A stretch of 25,098 nucleotides of DNA from Promethearchaeota archaeon (lineage in GTDB: Archaea > Asgardarchaeota > Lokiarchaeia > Sigyniarchaeales > SOKP01): contig JBHLOC010000058.1 in the NCBI GenBank assembly GCA_048940925.1, positions 1 to 25,098 of the forward strand. Reading direction: 5' to 3'. Of the stretch, positions 24,953 through 25,098 are shown piece by piece; the stretch's first letter is position 1, and every line of letters starts with the position of its first letter. Under the pieces are notes generated by a model that was not told where the DNA came from, ran no database searches, and was given only the letters and a program-made list of their open reading frames with translations. A program made the position numbers and the translations under genes.

Positions 24953-25098
24953 TTTATAATTGTTTTAAAATTAACAAAAATGTAAATTCAAATAAAATAC
25001 AGATTATTTCTTTTATAAATATATCGTGAGAAAGGCGTAACCTGTTTTAATACTTATTCAGTGTAATTCTGTTCTTCTGGAATTACATCCTCACAAAG

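Overview
AT-rich (roughly 30% GC by eye), gene-dense prokaryotic window with about 26 intact CDS. I found no rRNA, tRNA, CRISPR array or recognisable mobile element. TATA-like promoters, oligo-T terminators, GGAGG/GGTG ribosome-binding sites, sequon-rich surface proteins and the gene families present suggest an anaerobic archaeon, most plausibly Asgard (Lokiarchaeia-like); this is inference, not a database result. In order: (1) a methyltransferase cluster (4 class I SAM methyltransferases, 2 ICMT/PEMT-family membrane methyltransferases, 1 membrane protein) ending in a divergent TetR gene, with a shared TGAG-N6-CTCA palindrome in both divergent promoter regions; (2) a flavodoxin and a beta-helix surface protein; (3) a stand-alone CooS/CODH-family protein with hybrid-cluster-like Glu substitutions (CooS-V type); (4) a HAD hydrolase; (5) a SET-domain gene joined in frame, across one TGA, to a 4-hydroxybutyrate CoA-transferase-like gene; (6) hypothetical genes and an ICMT pseudogene remnant; (7) an unannotated 52-aa ORF coupled to a corrinoid protein and a UroD-fold methyltransferase; (8) a wHTH + ARPP-1/DUF6569-like operon with its own palindrome; (9) a 3-hydroxyacyl-CoA dehydrogenase; (10) a sphingosine-1-phosphate-lyase-like PLP enzyme + Fe-ADH operon; (11) a repeat-built surface protein. 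The best candidates for undescribed biology are the TetR-controlled methylation cluster, the SET/CoA-transferase pair, the microprotein-corrinoid operon and the lyase/ADH pair.
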